Source: Squalus acanthias | Taxonomy: Eukaryota | Direction: 5' to 3' | NCBI GenBank assembly: GCA_030390025.1 | Contig: CM059453.1 | Location: 6,200,001 to 6,264,000 of the forward strand | DNA length: 64,000 nt | In this document: piece after piece, positions 25,401 to 37,165 of the stretch | How positions within the stretch are numbered: position 1 is the stretch's first letter | Layout of the letters: the number at the start of each line of letters is the position of its first letter | Program-made: the position numbers and the translations under genes | The notes under the pieces: model-generated | The model's input: the letters and a program-made list of their open reading frames with translations, nothing else | Told to the model about the DNA's origin: nothing | Database searches by the model: none

Positions 25401-28400
25401 TTAACGAGGTGGTCACACCGAAGGTAAAGAGTGTCCAGGCAGACAGGAAATGGGTGACCGCCAGACAGAGTAAAAGAACTAGGAACATAGTGCAGGATTC
25501 CACTGGGTCCATCTACCTCTCCAACAAATTTTCCATTTTGGATACTGATGGGGGAGATGGTTGCTCAGGGGAATGCAGCAAGAGCCAAGTCCGTGGTACT
25601 ACGAGTGGCTCAGCTGCACAGGAGTGGGGGAAAAAGAGTGGGAGAGCAATAGTTTTAGGGCATTCTATCGTAAGGGGAACAGAGAGACGTTTCTGTGGCC
25701 GCAGACGTGACTCCAGGTGCCTATGTTGCCTCCATAGTGCCAGGGTTAAGCATGTCACTGAAAGGCTGAAGGACTTCTGAAGGGTGAGGACGAAAAGTCA
25801 GAGGTACTGGTTAACATTCTTACCAACGGCATGGGTAGAAAGATGGATGAGGTCCTGCAACAAGAATTTGGGAAGCTAGGTATCAGATTAAAAAGCAGGA
25901 CCTCAAAAGTTGTACTCTTGTGATTACTCCCGGTGCCACGTGCTAGTGAGTATAGGAATATGTGGGTAGAGCAGATGAAAGCGTTGCAAAAGAGTTGATG
26001 CAGGAGGGAGGGCTTTAGATTCCTGGATCACTGTGTCTGCTTCTGGGGAAGGTGCGACCTGTACAAGTAGGATGGTTTGCACTTGAACAGGAACTGTTCC
26101 AACATCCTTGCGGGGAGGTTTGCTAGTACTGTTGCGGGTGGGGGCGGGGGGGAGTGTGCAAGGTTAAACTTATTCGGCAGTGGGATGGGATACAGAGCGG
26201 ATCTATAGTAGGGGGTGACGCACAGCCAAATATACAGGAAAAAACAAGTTAGCCTGCAGAGCAAATATATGACGGCACATGGGAGTATGGCAAGGCTGGA
26301 TGGCATTTGTTTTAATGCAATTAGACTTGCGAGTAAGGCAGATGAATTGAAGGTGTTGATGAACACTTGGGAGTATGATATTGTTGTTATCACAGATACA
26401 TAGTTAAGGGAGGCGCAGGATTAGCCGCTCAATATTCCAGGGTGTAGAATCTTCAGGCGAGAAAGAGGAGGTTGTAAAAGAGGAGGGGTTGTCGAAATAT
26501 TAATCAAGGAGACAATTACTGCTGTAAGGTGGGATGATATCTCAGCAGGTTCCTCTAATGAGGCTATATTGGTAGAATTTAAAAACAAAAAGGGGGCAAG
26601 CACTTTGCTGAGAGTGTACTAAAGGGCCCCATACAGTGAGGTGGAGAAGAGGAACAGATATGTAGGGAAATCTCAGAAAAGTGTAGAAATAATAGGATAA
26701 TAACAGTAGGGGATTTCAACTTCCCCAGTATTAACTGGGATAGTCCGAGTGTGAAAGGCTTAAAGGGTGCAGATTTCTTAAAGTGAATCCAGGAGAGCTT
26801 TTTGAGCCAGCATGTAGAAAGTCCGACAAGAGAGTGGGCGGTACTGAACCTAATTCAAGGGAATGTAGCCGGGCAAGTGGTAGAAGTGTCAGTAGGCGAG
26901 CTTCTTGGTGACAGTGACGATAATTCGGTGAGATTTAAGGTAGTTAAGGAAAAGAATAAAGATGGACCTGAAATAAAGGTTCTAATTGGGGGAAGGCCGA
27001 TTTTAATATGATAAGGCAGGATGTGGCCAAAGTGGACTGGGATCAGCTACTTGTAGGAAAAAACACATCAGAGCAGTGGGAGTCTTTCAGAAAGGAAATA
27101 CAAAGTACACAACGCCAGCATGTTCCCGTAAAGGTGAAGGGTGAGACCAACAAGCCGAGGGAACCCTGGATGACAAAGGATATACAAGAATGGATTAGGT
27201 AAAAGAGGGATGCTTTTGGCAGACACAAAGGACAAATAACAGTGGAAGCCCTTGAGGAGCATATAATGAGCAGGGGGTACTTCAAACAATAAATTAGGAG
27301 AGCGAAGAGGGGGCATGAAAATACACTGGCGGGCAAAATAAAGGAAAATCCCAAGATGTTTTATAAGTATATTATGGGCAAGAGGATAACGAGGGAAAGA
27401 GTAGGGCACATTAGGTACCAAAGTGGAAATCTGAGCGTAGAGCCGGAATATGTAGGTGAGGTTTTAAATAAATATTTTGCAGCTGTGTTTACGATGGAGA
27501 AGGCTGATGTAGGTATAGAAATCAGGCAGGGGGATATACTTGAACAAATTAGTATTGAGAGGGAGGAGGTACTAGCGGTTTTAGCGGGCTTAAAAGTGGA
27601 TAACTCCGCAGGCCCTGACGGGATGTATCCCAGGGTACTGTGTGAGGCAAGGGAGGAGATTGCAGGGGCACTGACACAAATTTTCAGAACCTCTCTGGCC
27701 ACAGGGGAGGTGCCAGAGGACTGAAGAACAGCTAACCTAGTACCATTATTCAAGAAGGCTAGTAGGGATGAACCAGGGAATTACAGGCCAGTGAGCCTAA
27801 CATCGGTGGTAGGGAAATTATTGGAAAAAATTCTGAGGGACAGAATTAGACCCCACCTGAAGAGGCAAGGATTAATCAAGGATAATCAGCATGGCTTTTG
27901 TCAGGGGTTATCGTGTCTAACCAATTTGATTCAATTTTTCGAGGGGTTGACTAGGTGTGTGGATGAGGGAAGTGCAGTTGCTGCAGTCCACATTGACTTC
28001 AGTAAGGATTTTGACAAAGTCCCTCATGGGAGACTGGTCAAGAAGATAATAGCCCATGGGATCCTGGGCAATTTGGCACATTGGATCCAAAATTGGCTTC
28101 GTGGCAGGAGGCAGATGGTGATGGTCGAAGGTTGTTTTTGTGACTGGACGCCTGTGTCCAGTGGTGTTACGCAGGGATTGGTGCTGGGTCCTTTGCTGTT
28201 TGCAGTGTACATGAATGATTTTCATATGAATGTAGGAGGTATGATCAGTAAGTTCGAAGATGACACGAAAATTGGTGGACTGGTAAATAGCGAGGAGGGA
28301 AGACTTAGGCTACAGGACGGTATAGAAGGGTTGATTAGATGAGCACAACAGTGGCAAAAGGAATGTATCCCTGAAAAGTGTGGGGTGATGCATTTAGAAA

Positions 28401-31400
28401 CAAAGAAACATAGAAGATAGGAGCAGGAGTACGCCATTCAGCCCCTCGAGCCTGCTCCGCCATTCAGCGAGATCATTGCTGATCATCCAAATTCAGTACC
28501 CTTTCCCTGCATTCTCTCCATATCCCTTGATCCCTTTAGCTTTAAGAAATATATCTAACTCCTTCTTGAATATATTTAATGAATTGGCCTCTACTGCCTT
28601 CTGTTGTAGAGAATTCCATAGGTTCACCACTCTCTGAGTGAAGAAATTCCTCTTCATCTCAGTCCTAAATGGCTTACCCCTAATCCTTCGACTATGACCC
28701 CTGGTTCTTGAATCCCCGGCCATCGTAATATCCTTCCTGCATCTAGTCTGTCTAGTCCTGTTAGAATTTTTGAAGTTTCAATGTGATCCCCTCTCATTCT
28801 TCTAAACTCCAGCGAGTATCAGCCAAATCGACCCAATCTCTCCTCATACAACATTCCTGCCATCCCAGGTATCAGCCTGGTGAATCTTTGGTGCACTTCC
28901 TCCATGGCAAGAATAACCTTCCTCAGAGAAGGCGACCAAATCTGCACACAATACTTAAGATGTGTTCTCACAAAGGTCCTCTACAACTGCAGCAAGATAT
29001 CCATTTTGGGAGGACTAATAAGTCAGGGGAATACACAATGAGTGCTAAGACCGTAGGAAGGACAGCGGATCAGAGGGACGTTGTTGTGCATGTATATATA
29101 TATCCCTGAAGGCAGCAAGAACGGTAGATAAGGTGTTTAAAAAGCCAGATGGAATACTTGCCTTCATTAGCCGAGGCATAGAATATAACAGCAGGGAGGT
29201 TTTGATGGAGCTATACAAATGCTATTTATGCCACAGCTGGAATACTGTGTGCAGTTCTATTCGCCACACTAGAGGATGGATGTGATTGCATTGGAGAGGG
29301 TGCAGAGGAGATTCATCAGGATGTTACCTGGGCTGGAGCGCTTCAGCTTTGAAGAGAGACTGGACAGGCTGGGGTTGTTTTCCTTAAAGCAGAGAAGGCT
29401 GAGTGGTGACCTGATTGAGGTGTACAAAATTATGAGGGGCATAGATAGGGTCGATAGAAAGGAACTTTTCCACTTAGTAGAGGGGTCAATAACCAGGGGG
29501 CATAGTCTCAATGTAAGGGGCAGGAGGTTTAGAGCGGATTTGAGGAAAAACTGTTTCATCCAAAGGGTGGTTGGAATCTGGAACTCACTGCCTGAAAGGA
29601 TGGTAGAATCAGGAACCCTCACAACATTCAAGAAGCTTTTAGATGAGCACTTGAAACGCCATCGCATACAAGGCTACGGACCAAGTGCTGGAAAATGGGA
29701 TTAGAATAGAGAGGGCTTGATGGCCGGCGTGGACATGATAGACCGGAGGGCCTCTTTATGTGCTTTATAACTGTATGACTTACATTTAATCTCCAAGGTA
29801 AAATTTTGTGCTGAAGGAGTTGTTATACCATCAATTAGAATTGTGCATCCCAGAATGTTCCCGTCATTAGCAGATGATGGTGTGAAGATGATCACGGATG
29901 AAACTGTCCGAGAACCTGAATTTTCATTGCTAATTTCTGCTCCATCTTGAGTATCCATGGCGGGAGGAAGGGACACATTGTAATTAATCCACTTCAGTTT
30001 CAGTTTGCCATCCGGGCAGTTGTGGGTGACAGAACAGGACAATCGTGCAGTTTGTCCAGCGGTCAATTCCCCATAACCTGCTATCTCTGGCTTTTCTATA
30101 ATAACGGGAGAAAACCATCTTGTTAGGTGCATTTCAATGTTAAAACGGGCGACTGATGGCTCACAACTAAATCTGAGAAAGAATTAACAAGACAATCATT
30201 TTTTTATTTTTTTTCTCTGCTACGTGTTGCAAGTTTGTTCTCCCTTCTCACTAACTCCTCGCAGATGTAATGTAGTTTTATGCCTCATCGGGTAACATGT
30301 GGCCCCACTTAATTAAACAATAGTCGTTATATCTCCTAAATTATTTTTATCATGGATATTCTCCAGTGAACCAATTTTACAGGCTGGACTTAGAATCAAC
30401 GTTAACTCCTCAAATGTCACGAATATTTCATCCTCTCTTATGATTCCTTCTGCACCAGTACCTCCCAATGTAATGGAGACTAATGCAGACCCAGAGAGAT
30501 CTCGATTCTGTTGCCAAGAAACTTCAATGGAGAACGACAATGTTCAAGAAAGGGACAGAACAGACAAAGGGCGGATAACATCGCCTTGTGCGGGAGCAAC
30601 AGGGCAGTTTCCTCTCTTGTAAATCTCATGAAGGCTTCAGCAGAACCAGCATTTTTGACGTGGGATTAGAATGAACAAATAAATTATAACTTGAACTGAT
30701 TTTCACGTTACTGTAATATCTACTTTTTATTTAAGATCTAATTAAAAGCGTGGTAAATGAGCGCTGGATAGCGAAAGGCACGAACAAAGATTGCATTAAT
30801 TCGGCGCCGTTTAACTCCTGGCGACATCAAAAGACGCTTCACCAAAAAGTAACTTGAAATGTAATCAGCCAGCCATTGTCGACGGTAAACACAGGAGATT
30901 ATTGGAGAATATATTAAGATATTTGGAATTAAGGATAATGTAGAAATTGCAAAATAAACTGTTTGCAAGGGACGATGCAGTCAGTGGCCGTTACGTGCAT
31001 TTCCTCAGAATGGTTGGATCTGAGTACGATGTCCCACGGGGCTGTGCTGTGGGATTGCTTTTACTCACTGTGTGCATCAATAATTTGGAGAAGGCGCCAA
31101 AGAGACTGAAGTCCAAATTTCCCGTTACGAGTTAATTGGATTCCAACAAAATGAAAATTGGACAGTGTGTACAATGAGAGGCGCATCCAATATCGCCAGT
31201 TTGACAACCATGACAAAGTTGCAAGTACAACTCCCAGGAAATAACTAGAGAACTAAAGGGAGTTACAAACGGATACTAGAGATATTGTAGAATGGGGACA
31301 TAAGAGGCAGATATAATTCAAGGTCAGAAAATATGAGATGGTAGATGTTAATTTGAACCGTAGGAATCTGGGAGATGTGGAAGAGCAGAGGAATTTGGGG

Positions 31401-33843
31401 TCAGTTTCATAAGACAGTAAAAGCAGCACCTCCAGTGGAAAAATGTATGAAAATGTTTCTGGAGCTCTGAGTTTAATGGCAGGAGATCTGTAATATAAAT
31501 TCGAGATTTTTGGCGATTCTAAAGAGAACAGTAGTTATTTCGCATTTGGAGTAAGAATACGGGTATTGGCCGCCAGTCTATAGGAAGGCTACAGGGCTGA
31601 TTCGCGTAGTTTCTGTCTGGTATGATGAAGTACAATTAGCAAGAAAGTATTTAAAAATTGAGGCAGATTTTATTAGGCTTCAACAGATTTTGGGATGATT
31701 TGACAGAAGTGCTTAAACTTTATAAGCAGCGGGACAGAGAAGATAGAAGCAGACTGAGATATAATTTGAAATGGCCGCCCTGGTTAAAACTGTCATTCCA
31801 GACAAGTCACCCATTCTAGCAACCAACCTAGTTCCATTACCTTTCATGTCATTGTAGCTAATGAGCTGTTGGTTTATGTATTGTAAGGTACGACCAACAA
31901 TGTCAGCTTCAGGTTCAGTCAACACTTAGTAAATCTATCCTCATGTGTACATTTCAGAATCGGCTCGACAGGTGTTGGAAGGGAATTGCAATAAAGGGAT
32001 ATGGGAACTGAGCAGGCACATGCGATTCGGAGTGTTGATCATGTGAAGGACAAACAGCAACACGGGCTGGCTGGACCGAACGGCCTGATTTACTGCTGTA
32101 ATTTCTATATACCTCTGTGCTTAAGATATGAATGCCTGCGTCTCTTATCAGTACCCCTGCCCGCTATATTTCCACTAATCTTAATATTCGGCCAGAGAAA
32201 TCAAAAAAAATTGCACACTTTACAAATAGGATGTGAAGGCCCTGAAGAGGGTGCAGAGGAGATTTACCAGAATGGTTCCGGCAGATGGGGGATCTTAGCT
32301 AATAGGATAGGTTGGAGAATCTGGATTTGTTTTCATTGGAGCAAAGGAGGTTGAGGGGTGATTTGATAGAAGTGTACAATATAATGACGGGTTTGGATAG
32401 GCTAGACGGGGAAAGGCTGTTCCCACTAGTTGATGGTACAAGGACCAGGAGACAGAGATTAAGGTTTTGGGCAAGAGATACAGGGGGAATGTGAGTAAAA
32501 ACTTTTTAACGCAGCGAGTGGTGAGGACCTGGAACTCGCTGCCGACGGAAGTGGTGGAAGCGGAGACACTCAATGTTTTCAAGGGGAGACTGGATAGGAA
32601 CTTGAGGGAAATAAACTTGCAGGGCTACGGGGATAGAGCGGGGAAACGGGACTGACTGGATTGCTCTAAAAAGACCCGGCACGCACTCGATGTGCCGAAT
32701 AACCTCCCTCTGTGCCGTTATAAATCTATGAATCTATGTTGATTCATACTAAAACAATGGAATAAAAATGTACAAGAAGAATAAATGGCAAACTCACCTA
32801 AAACAGAAAGAAAGACTTCAGAACGGGCAATGCGATGTGTAATAGAATTTCTGCCCGAGGTGATGGCTGTGATGAACTGATATGCACCCTGATCACGTTT
32901 TCGGACATCCTTTATCAGGAGGGAGCATTGTCTTTTTTCAAGATTGCCCTTGAACTCAGCTCTGCCAATATAATTATAATGCTGCCTGAATGGACCATTC
33001 GAATCATAGATAATGGATTCATTGGGTGTTCCAGGACCAGGTTCCCTCTTAATCCACCTCCCGTTCAGGTTGGCGATGTAGCCCATGTTCTCAAATTTAC
33101 ACGGGATCTCTGCACAAGAACCCAACACCGCCGACACATCTTTTGGCATCACCACAGAACATTGAACACTACAAAAGGCTGAGAAAATAAAAGATTAGAC
33201 GGCCTTTAAGTATCCATTCAAAAAGCATTGGAATTGCTTAAGCATCCATGAAATTGCTTGTTGATTGACTAAAAGCCTCCCAGCACATTAGCAATTTAAA
33301 TATCAGTTAAAGACTATTCAAAATCAATTAAAATGCTGACTAAATAACAATCGCAAAAATTATTGACATGTTCATTGGAATATATATTTGATAGTAGTTT
33401 TATCAACAAATAATATGTATATTTAAGACTCATCTGAAAACCGAACACATATCCACTAAGAAGCAAGTGAATGCCCTATAAAATCTTCATTAAATATAAA
33501 TTAAAATTAATATTAATTAGAATGAACATTACACTTCTATTGACTCTCCCTTGAATTACTCAATTAATATGAATTAGCATGCTATTAAATGTGCATTACA
33601 ATTCTCATTAAAGATAACTTGAAAAGCCCTATAATTAAATATTGTTTGAATAGGCAATCACATGCAATAAAACACTTATGGAATACCAACTCGCCGTTGC
33701 GACAATCAATTAAAAAAATTATTTTAGGTACTGTCCTGTTCTTTTCCAACCAGATATTAATCAGCTGTTTTAGAAATTAGTAAAAACGTAAGAAATGTAC
33801 CTTCGTTCAATACCATGAGAGAAACCAACAGGCAAGTCCTCAT
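16238..33843 (-). CDS. Gene A: Siglec-like (V-set + 3 C2-type Ig) inhibitory-type receptor, 543 aa; complement join 33801-33843, 32798-33178, 29784-30095, 23859-24116, 22644-22931, 21718-21811, 19247-19334, 16238-16405
   Basis: All eight exons have GT-AG boundaries, intron phases are 1,1,1,1,1,2,0 and the frame is open for 1632 nt. Siglec Cys pattern (GSCAEIPC..QCSLLI; D2 HNCP), uncharged TM and ITIMs. Confidence 0.88.
16975..17550 (+). mobile_element. Non-LTR retrotransposon 3' fragment (RT C-terminus, family distinct from the CR1 copies)
   Basis: AIYKVQVKSVMEYSPLAWMSAAPTTLKKLDTIQDKAARLIG; tail cagcggttcaagaaggcggctcaccacca..aataaatgctggccttgccagcgacgccc. Confidence 0.8.
17800..18460 (+). 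mobile_element. Old degenerate CR1 3' fragment (gene A intron 7)
   Basis: Remnants such as FFLAQRVVIWNALP and a CR1-type tail. Confidence 0.7.
19247..19334 (-). CDS. Gene A exon 7: cytoplasmic exon with ITIM VIYSTV
   Basis: ttattgttcag|(R)KKQGEAARVTEAHDNLVIYSTVHKAVNTD|gtaagt; phase 2 in and phase 0 out fit the flanking exons. Confidence 0.87.
19441..20610 (-). mobile_element. CR1 LINE 3' fragment specific to gene A intron 6
   Basis: Minus-strand SGVPQGSLLGP, SKFVDTKL, RRNFFTQRVV; ends in (ttcttatg)n tail. Confidence 0.92.
21718..21811 (-). CDS. Gene A exon 6: transmembrane (no charged residue)
   Basis: cattttag|GIFSTTIVLIIGGGATGLVILIAVVLMLKIQ(R)|gtatgt. Confidence 0.92.
22644..22931 (-). 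CDS. Gene A exon 5: membrane-proximal Ig domain
   Basis: tttttctag|YKPKILIGPKCTSSENWTNCSCRIRANPPGNITWCL..SCVAANEHG..LHSK|gtacat. Confidence 0.92.
23859..24116 (-). CDS. Gene A exon 4: Ig domain 3
   Basis: gtttcag|YGLEIQTINSSIVAVEGSSLLLYCTAW..W..DDNEYWCIAEN..ISVQ|gtaagt. Confidence 0.92.
24700..29780 (+). mobile_element. Near full-length decayed CR1 LINE (5'UTR, ORF1 zinc-finger/SGNH esterase, ORF2 APE endonuclease + RT) in gene A intron 3, antisense to the gene
   Basis: ORF1 CSCS..CRKC..LE, IVLGHSIVRG and DGLHLN. ORF2 YDIVVITDT, GDFNFP, SGVTQGLVLGP, SKFEDDTK and CFIQRVVGIWNSLP. Many stops. Confidence 0.95.
28396..29001 (-). mobile_element. CR1 3' fragment nested inside the intron-3 LINE
   Basis: Flanked by CATTT duplication (28391-28395, 29002-29006); minus-strand KRNFFTQRVVNLWNS. 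Confidence 0.9.
29784..30095 (-). CDS. Gene A exon 3: C2-set Ig domain 2
   Basis: ttattatag|EKPEIAGYGELTAGQTARLSCSVTHNCPDGKLKLKW..GNILGC..LEIK|gtaagt. Confidence 0.93.
30950..31720 (+). mobile_element. Very old LINE RT remnant (paralog at ~51640-52380)
   Basis: gtcccacggggctgtgctgtgggattgcttttactc..atcaataatttgg is a decayed [16 protein letters not shown]. Confidence 0.5.
32220..32735 (+). mobile_element. CR1 3' fragment in gene A intron 2
   Basis: LFSLEQRRLRGDLIEVY, NFLTQRVVRTWNSLP; tail tctatgaatctatg. Confidence 0.9.
32798..33178 (-). CDS. Gene A exon 2: Siglec-type V-set domain
   Basis: ttttctcag|AFCSVQCSVVMPKDVSAVLGSCAEIPCKF..W..YDS..GRAEFKGNLEKRQCSLLIKDVRKRDQGAYQF..LSVL|gtgagt. Confidence 0.94.
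33801..33843 (-). CDS. Gene A exon 1: signal peptide
   Basis: gcaATG MRTCLLVSLMVLNE G|gtacat, phase 1. Confidence 0.85.
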
Positions 33844-33959
33844 TGCTGGAAAAGCAGCAGATTTCACTCTTAAAATGAAGAAGTGTTTCACAATTAAGAC
33901 CATTCAGGTTTTTGCATTCTTCTTCCCAGTCACATCTTGGATTTTTTTGCTAATCAACA

Positions 33960-34450
33960 TCAGACTTTCGGGGAAGTCCGATTCGGTTCCTACCGATGTG
34001 TCGGAACAGTGCTCACTCACTCAGCTCCGTAGCTGAGGTAGGCAGCCAGCACATCATGTACATGGGCTGCTTGTGACCGACTGTTACTGAATATGCTGTT
34101 AAAGCATGTCTAACAGTTGCTGAAGAATACTTAATACAGAAACAACATCTCACTCTCTCACGCACAAACACACAAAGGTACTGTTATTTATGATATAAAT
34201 AATTGGAGTCTGCGACAGATTGGCACCGCCCACGCTTGCAGGCGCCTCTGACTCACATTTCACACACATTCAGCTTTCTGGCAGCTAATACGAGCTGAAT
34301 GTTGCAGAGGTTTGACTTCAGTTAGTTAGCTTGCTGCAGTCTGTAGCCGTGTGGTTTCGTCACCTTCATTAATAAGCGCTCCAACATGCATCTCTGACGT
34401 CATAGATAGGAGCTGTTTGACAGTAAACCGTTTGACTCTGTGGTAAAGAG
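33960..34450 (-). promoter_or_regulatory. Candidate promoter/enhancer of gene A (ETS/PU.1-like, AP-1, RUNX and CRE motifs)
   Basis: GGGGAAGT 33970-33977, TGACTCA 34249-34255, TGTGGTT 34350-34356, TGACGTCA 34395-34402; all retained upstream of gene B. Confidence 0.4.
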
Positions 34451-34839
34451 ACTTGTTTCCAATTTAATTACATTCACGGACAAGCTCTCTAAATTATCGA
34501 AATTAACTAAAAATTCATCTCTATTTGCAGCAGTACTTTTTTTTGTTGAAAATTTTGACATGAGGTCTGGGACCTGTGAAAAGAACGCGAGGTTTCTGTC
34601 ATAAATGCAAACACCGCTAGAAAATACATAGCTTAAAGTGATTGAAACAACTGGTCCTGCAAACTGATCAGTGAGCTACAAACCTGGAGGCGTGTAACAG
34701 GCGGCCGATCCGATATCCCATTTTCTACCCTCCTGATCAAACGTTACATGAATCCCCCATAATTCCCACCGGCTATTATCACGATTAGTTAGGTTTAGCC
34801 TTGGAATATCACAAGCTTTAGTTCAAATTGCGACACAAA

Positions 34840-35540
34840 TAAAATGGCCCGGACTTTCCAGGGCCTATTTCGAGATACACACAGCATACGCGACCGTAAG
34901 GGCCCCGCATGTTCTGTGTTTCCACTTGCAATGTCCATGAGCTAAAACACGGAATTTGCGATCTGTCAACATTGTCCTTGTCAGATCGTACCCAACCGCA
35001 GGAAATGGACATTCGCTGGCACAGAGTAGGGTTATTTGCCAACTGCTGCCCAGCGAAAGCCCACGAAACCCATACGCCTAGTAAAAAAAGGTGTAACACC
35101 TTCTTTAAAAAACATAAGAGCTTAAATATATATATATATTAAAATATATGTTTTTCAGCTATGTAACTATACAAAGATAGTTAAAGTTAGCTTAGGTTAT
35201 ATTTGCCCCTTGAAAATGTTTAGATTTATTTTTCAAAAAATTAATTTTTGTTTCAAATGTTTAAGTAAATTGTATTTTGATTAATTTTGACCATGAGATG
35301 ATATATTTTTATTTCAGTGTGTTTTTTAGGTGATTTCTAAGATGCTTTTGGGGATTTTGTCCGTAAATGGAATTCTTTAAGCACAATGGGAAAGCCCCAT
35401 TTGATAGGTTGGGCTAACCCATCTGATCCCAGGGAGGCTTATGAACCGCATGCGCTCCTGGGATATGTGGGCTATACACAGGCGTACGCCTGCAGGCTCA
35501 GGGCCGCAAGAGTCGGAAGGTGCTGAGGCACCAGGTAGGT
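34840..35540 (+). mobile_element. Putative MITE-family copy (paralog ~55510-56205)
   Basis: gcgatctgtc..gacattcgctggcacagag..ggttatttgcc block shared with 14200-14320. Confidence 0.55.
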
Positions 35541-35950
35541 GCAGAGTTTAAAATAACAACAGAAAATGCTGGAAGCACTCAACAGGCCAGGCAGCATCCG
35601 TGGAGAGAGAAACAGAGTTAACGGTACCCGGTCTTGGACCTTTCATCAGAACTGGAAGAGGCGAACGGTGTAACAGATTTTAAGCAGGTGCAGAGGCAGA
35701 GAAAGGGGAGGGAAGAGGAGGAAGGAACTAAATGTATATTATGTGCTAAGGTAGGAGGAAGGAAAGATTAAATGTTGCAAATGGGGATGGCAGAATCATA
35801 AACAGCCTGAAAAATGGTGGCAGAGCTTATAGCCTGAAACTGTTGAAATCAATGTTGAGTCCAGAAGGTTGTAAAGTGCCTAATCGAATGATGAGGTGCT
35901 GTTCCTCGAGCTTAGGTTGAGCTTCATTGTAAGGTGCCGAGGACAGCGAG
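35540..35950 (-). mobile_element. Penelope-like 3' fragment (paralog ~56205-56620)
   Basis: Reverse complement of 4190-4680 (aatgttgagtccagaagg..gtgcctaatcgaatgatgaggtgctgttcctcgagctt). Confidence 0.8.
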
Positions 35951-36899
35951 ATCAGACTTCACTTGATGTTGGGAGGCTTTCGCCCTTGAGAAGACTCCAA
36001 CCACAATTTCCAGCCCAATAAGTCAGTGCAAACATCAGGCAGTTTATTGAGTTAGTCAACTGTATCTCCGCTACGAGTGTCCACCTCTGCCCTTCGTCGT
36101 TTTTTTCTTGCTGAGGACACCAGGACCGCTCAGTAGGTTGCAATTTGAAGTCAATGCTGTAAGTCACCAGGTGTGCTACGTTTTCTGTGTCCGCTTCACC
36201 ATTAATAACTGAATGTCTCTTTATAAATGAGGCTGGCATTCTTCCTTAAGAAATCGCCAATGTTGTGAAAATTAAAGAACATTGATGATAAAGATAGGCG
36301 GACAATGAGCCACATTGAATTAGTGAAGTTTGTGCAGTTCTCATTGGTCTTTGGATTCTTCTCCTTGACACAAAGGACAGAATGACTTTTTGCTCTTATT
36401 ACTGAGAGATATGAGCATCAGTCTGTGTAATAAAATGACAACCAGTGAGATGGGTAGCATTGGTCAATAAAACTAAGAGATAGAAAGGGATGAAAACCTC
36501 TTAGAATATTTTAGCACCTGAAATGAACAGCAGCCCCATGACTAAATTGCAGTCAGAAGCAGTCACGTGCCCAGAATAGAGCAGCAGCTTGTGTAAAAGA
36601 GTAATGTTGATCAGGAAATTGTTTACCAAAATATAATACAGCGAGAATCTTCCCACTATATGGACACTGACCGTGCAACATATATACCAGAGGGAATCTT
36701 CCAACTATATCTGCAGTTCCCTTTCCTCAAATAGATTAGAATGAATGCTCCCAATATTTCTAAACTCTCTACTACACAGATACCAGAGGGAACCTTCCCA
36801 CGATATACACAGTATCCCTACCATGAATAGATTAGAATGAAACTTCCAATTATTTGTACACTTCCCCTACAACACAGAGACAAGATGAAATACTTCAAG

Positions 36900-37165
36900 T
36901 ACATAAGAACATAAGAATTAAGAGCAGCAGTAGGCCATACGGCCCATTGAGCCTGCTCTGTCATTCAATAAGATCGTGGCTGATCTTTGACCTCAACTCC
37001 ATTTTCCAGCCTGATCCCCATATCGCTTGATACCACTCGAGTTTAAAATTCTATCGATCTCAGCCTTGAATATTTTCAACGATTCAGCATCCACAGCCCT
37101 CTGGGGTGGAGAATTCAAAAGATTCACAGCCATCTGAGTTAAGAAATGTCTCCGTATCTCAGTCT
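36900..37165 (-). mobile_element. CR1 3' fragment cut at the duplication junction
   Basis: Matches 57450-57713, then stops abruptly after ..atctcagtct. Confidence 0.85.

Noticed and set aside
25202-29704. LINE ORF fragments as functional genes or an active element
   Set aside because: Many stops and frameshifts plus a nested insertion in both copies.
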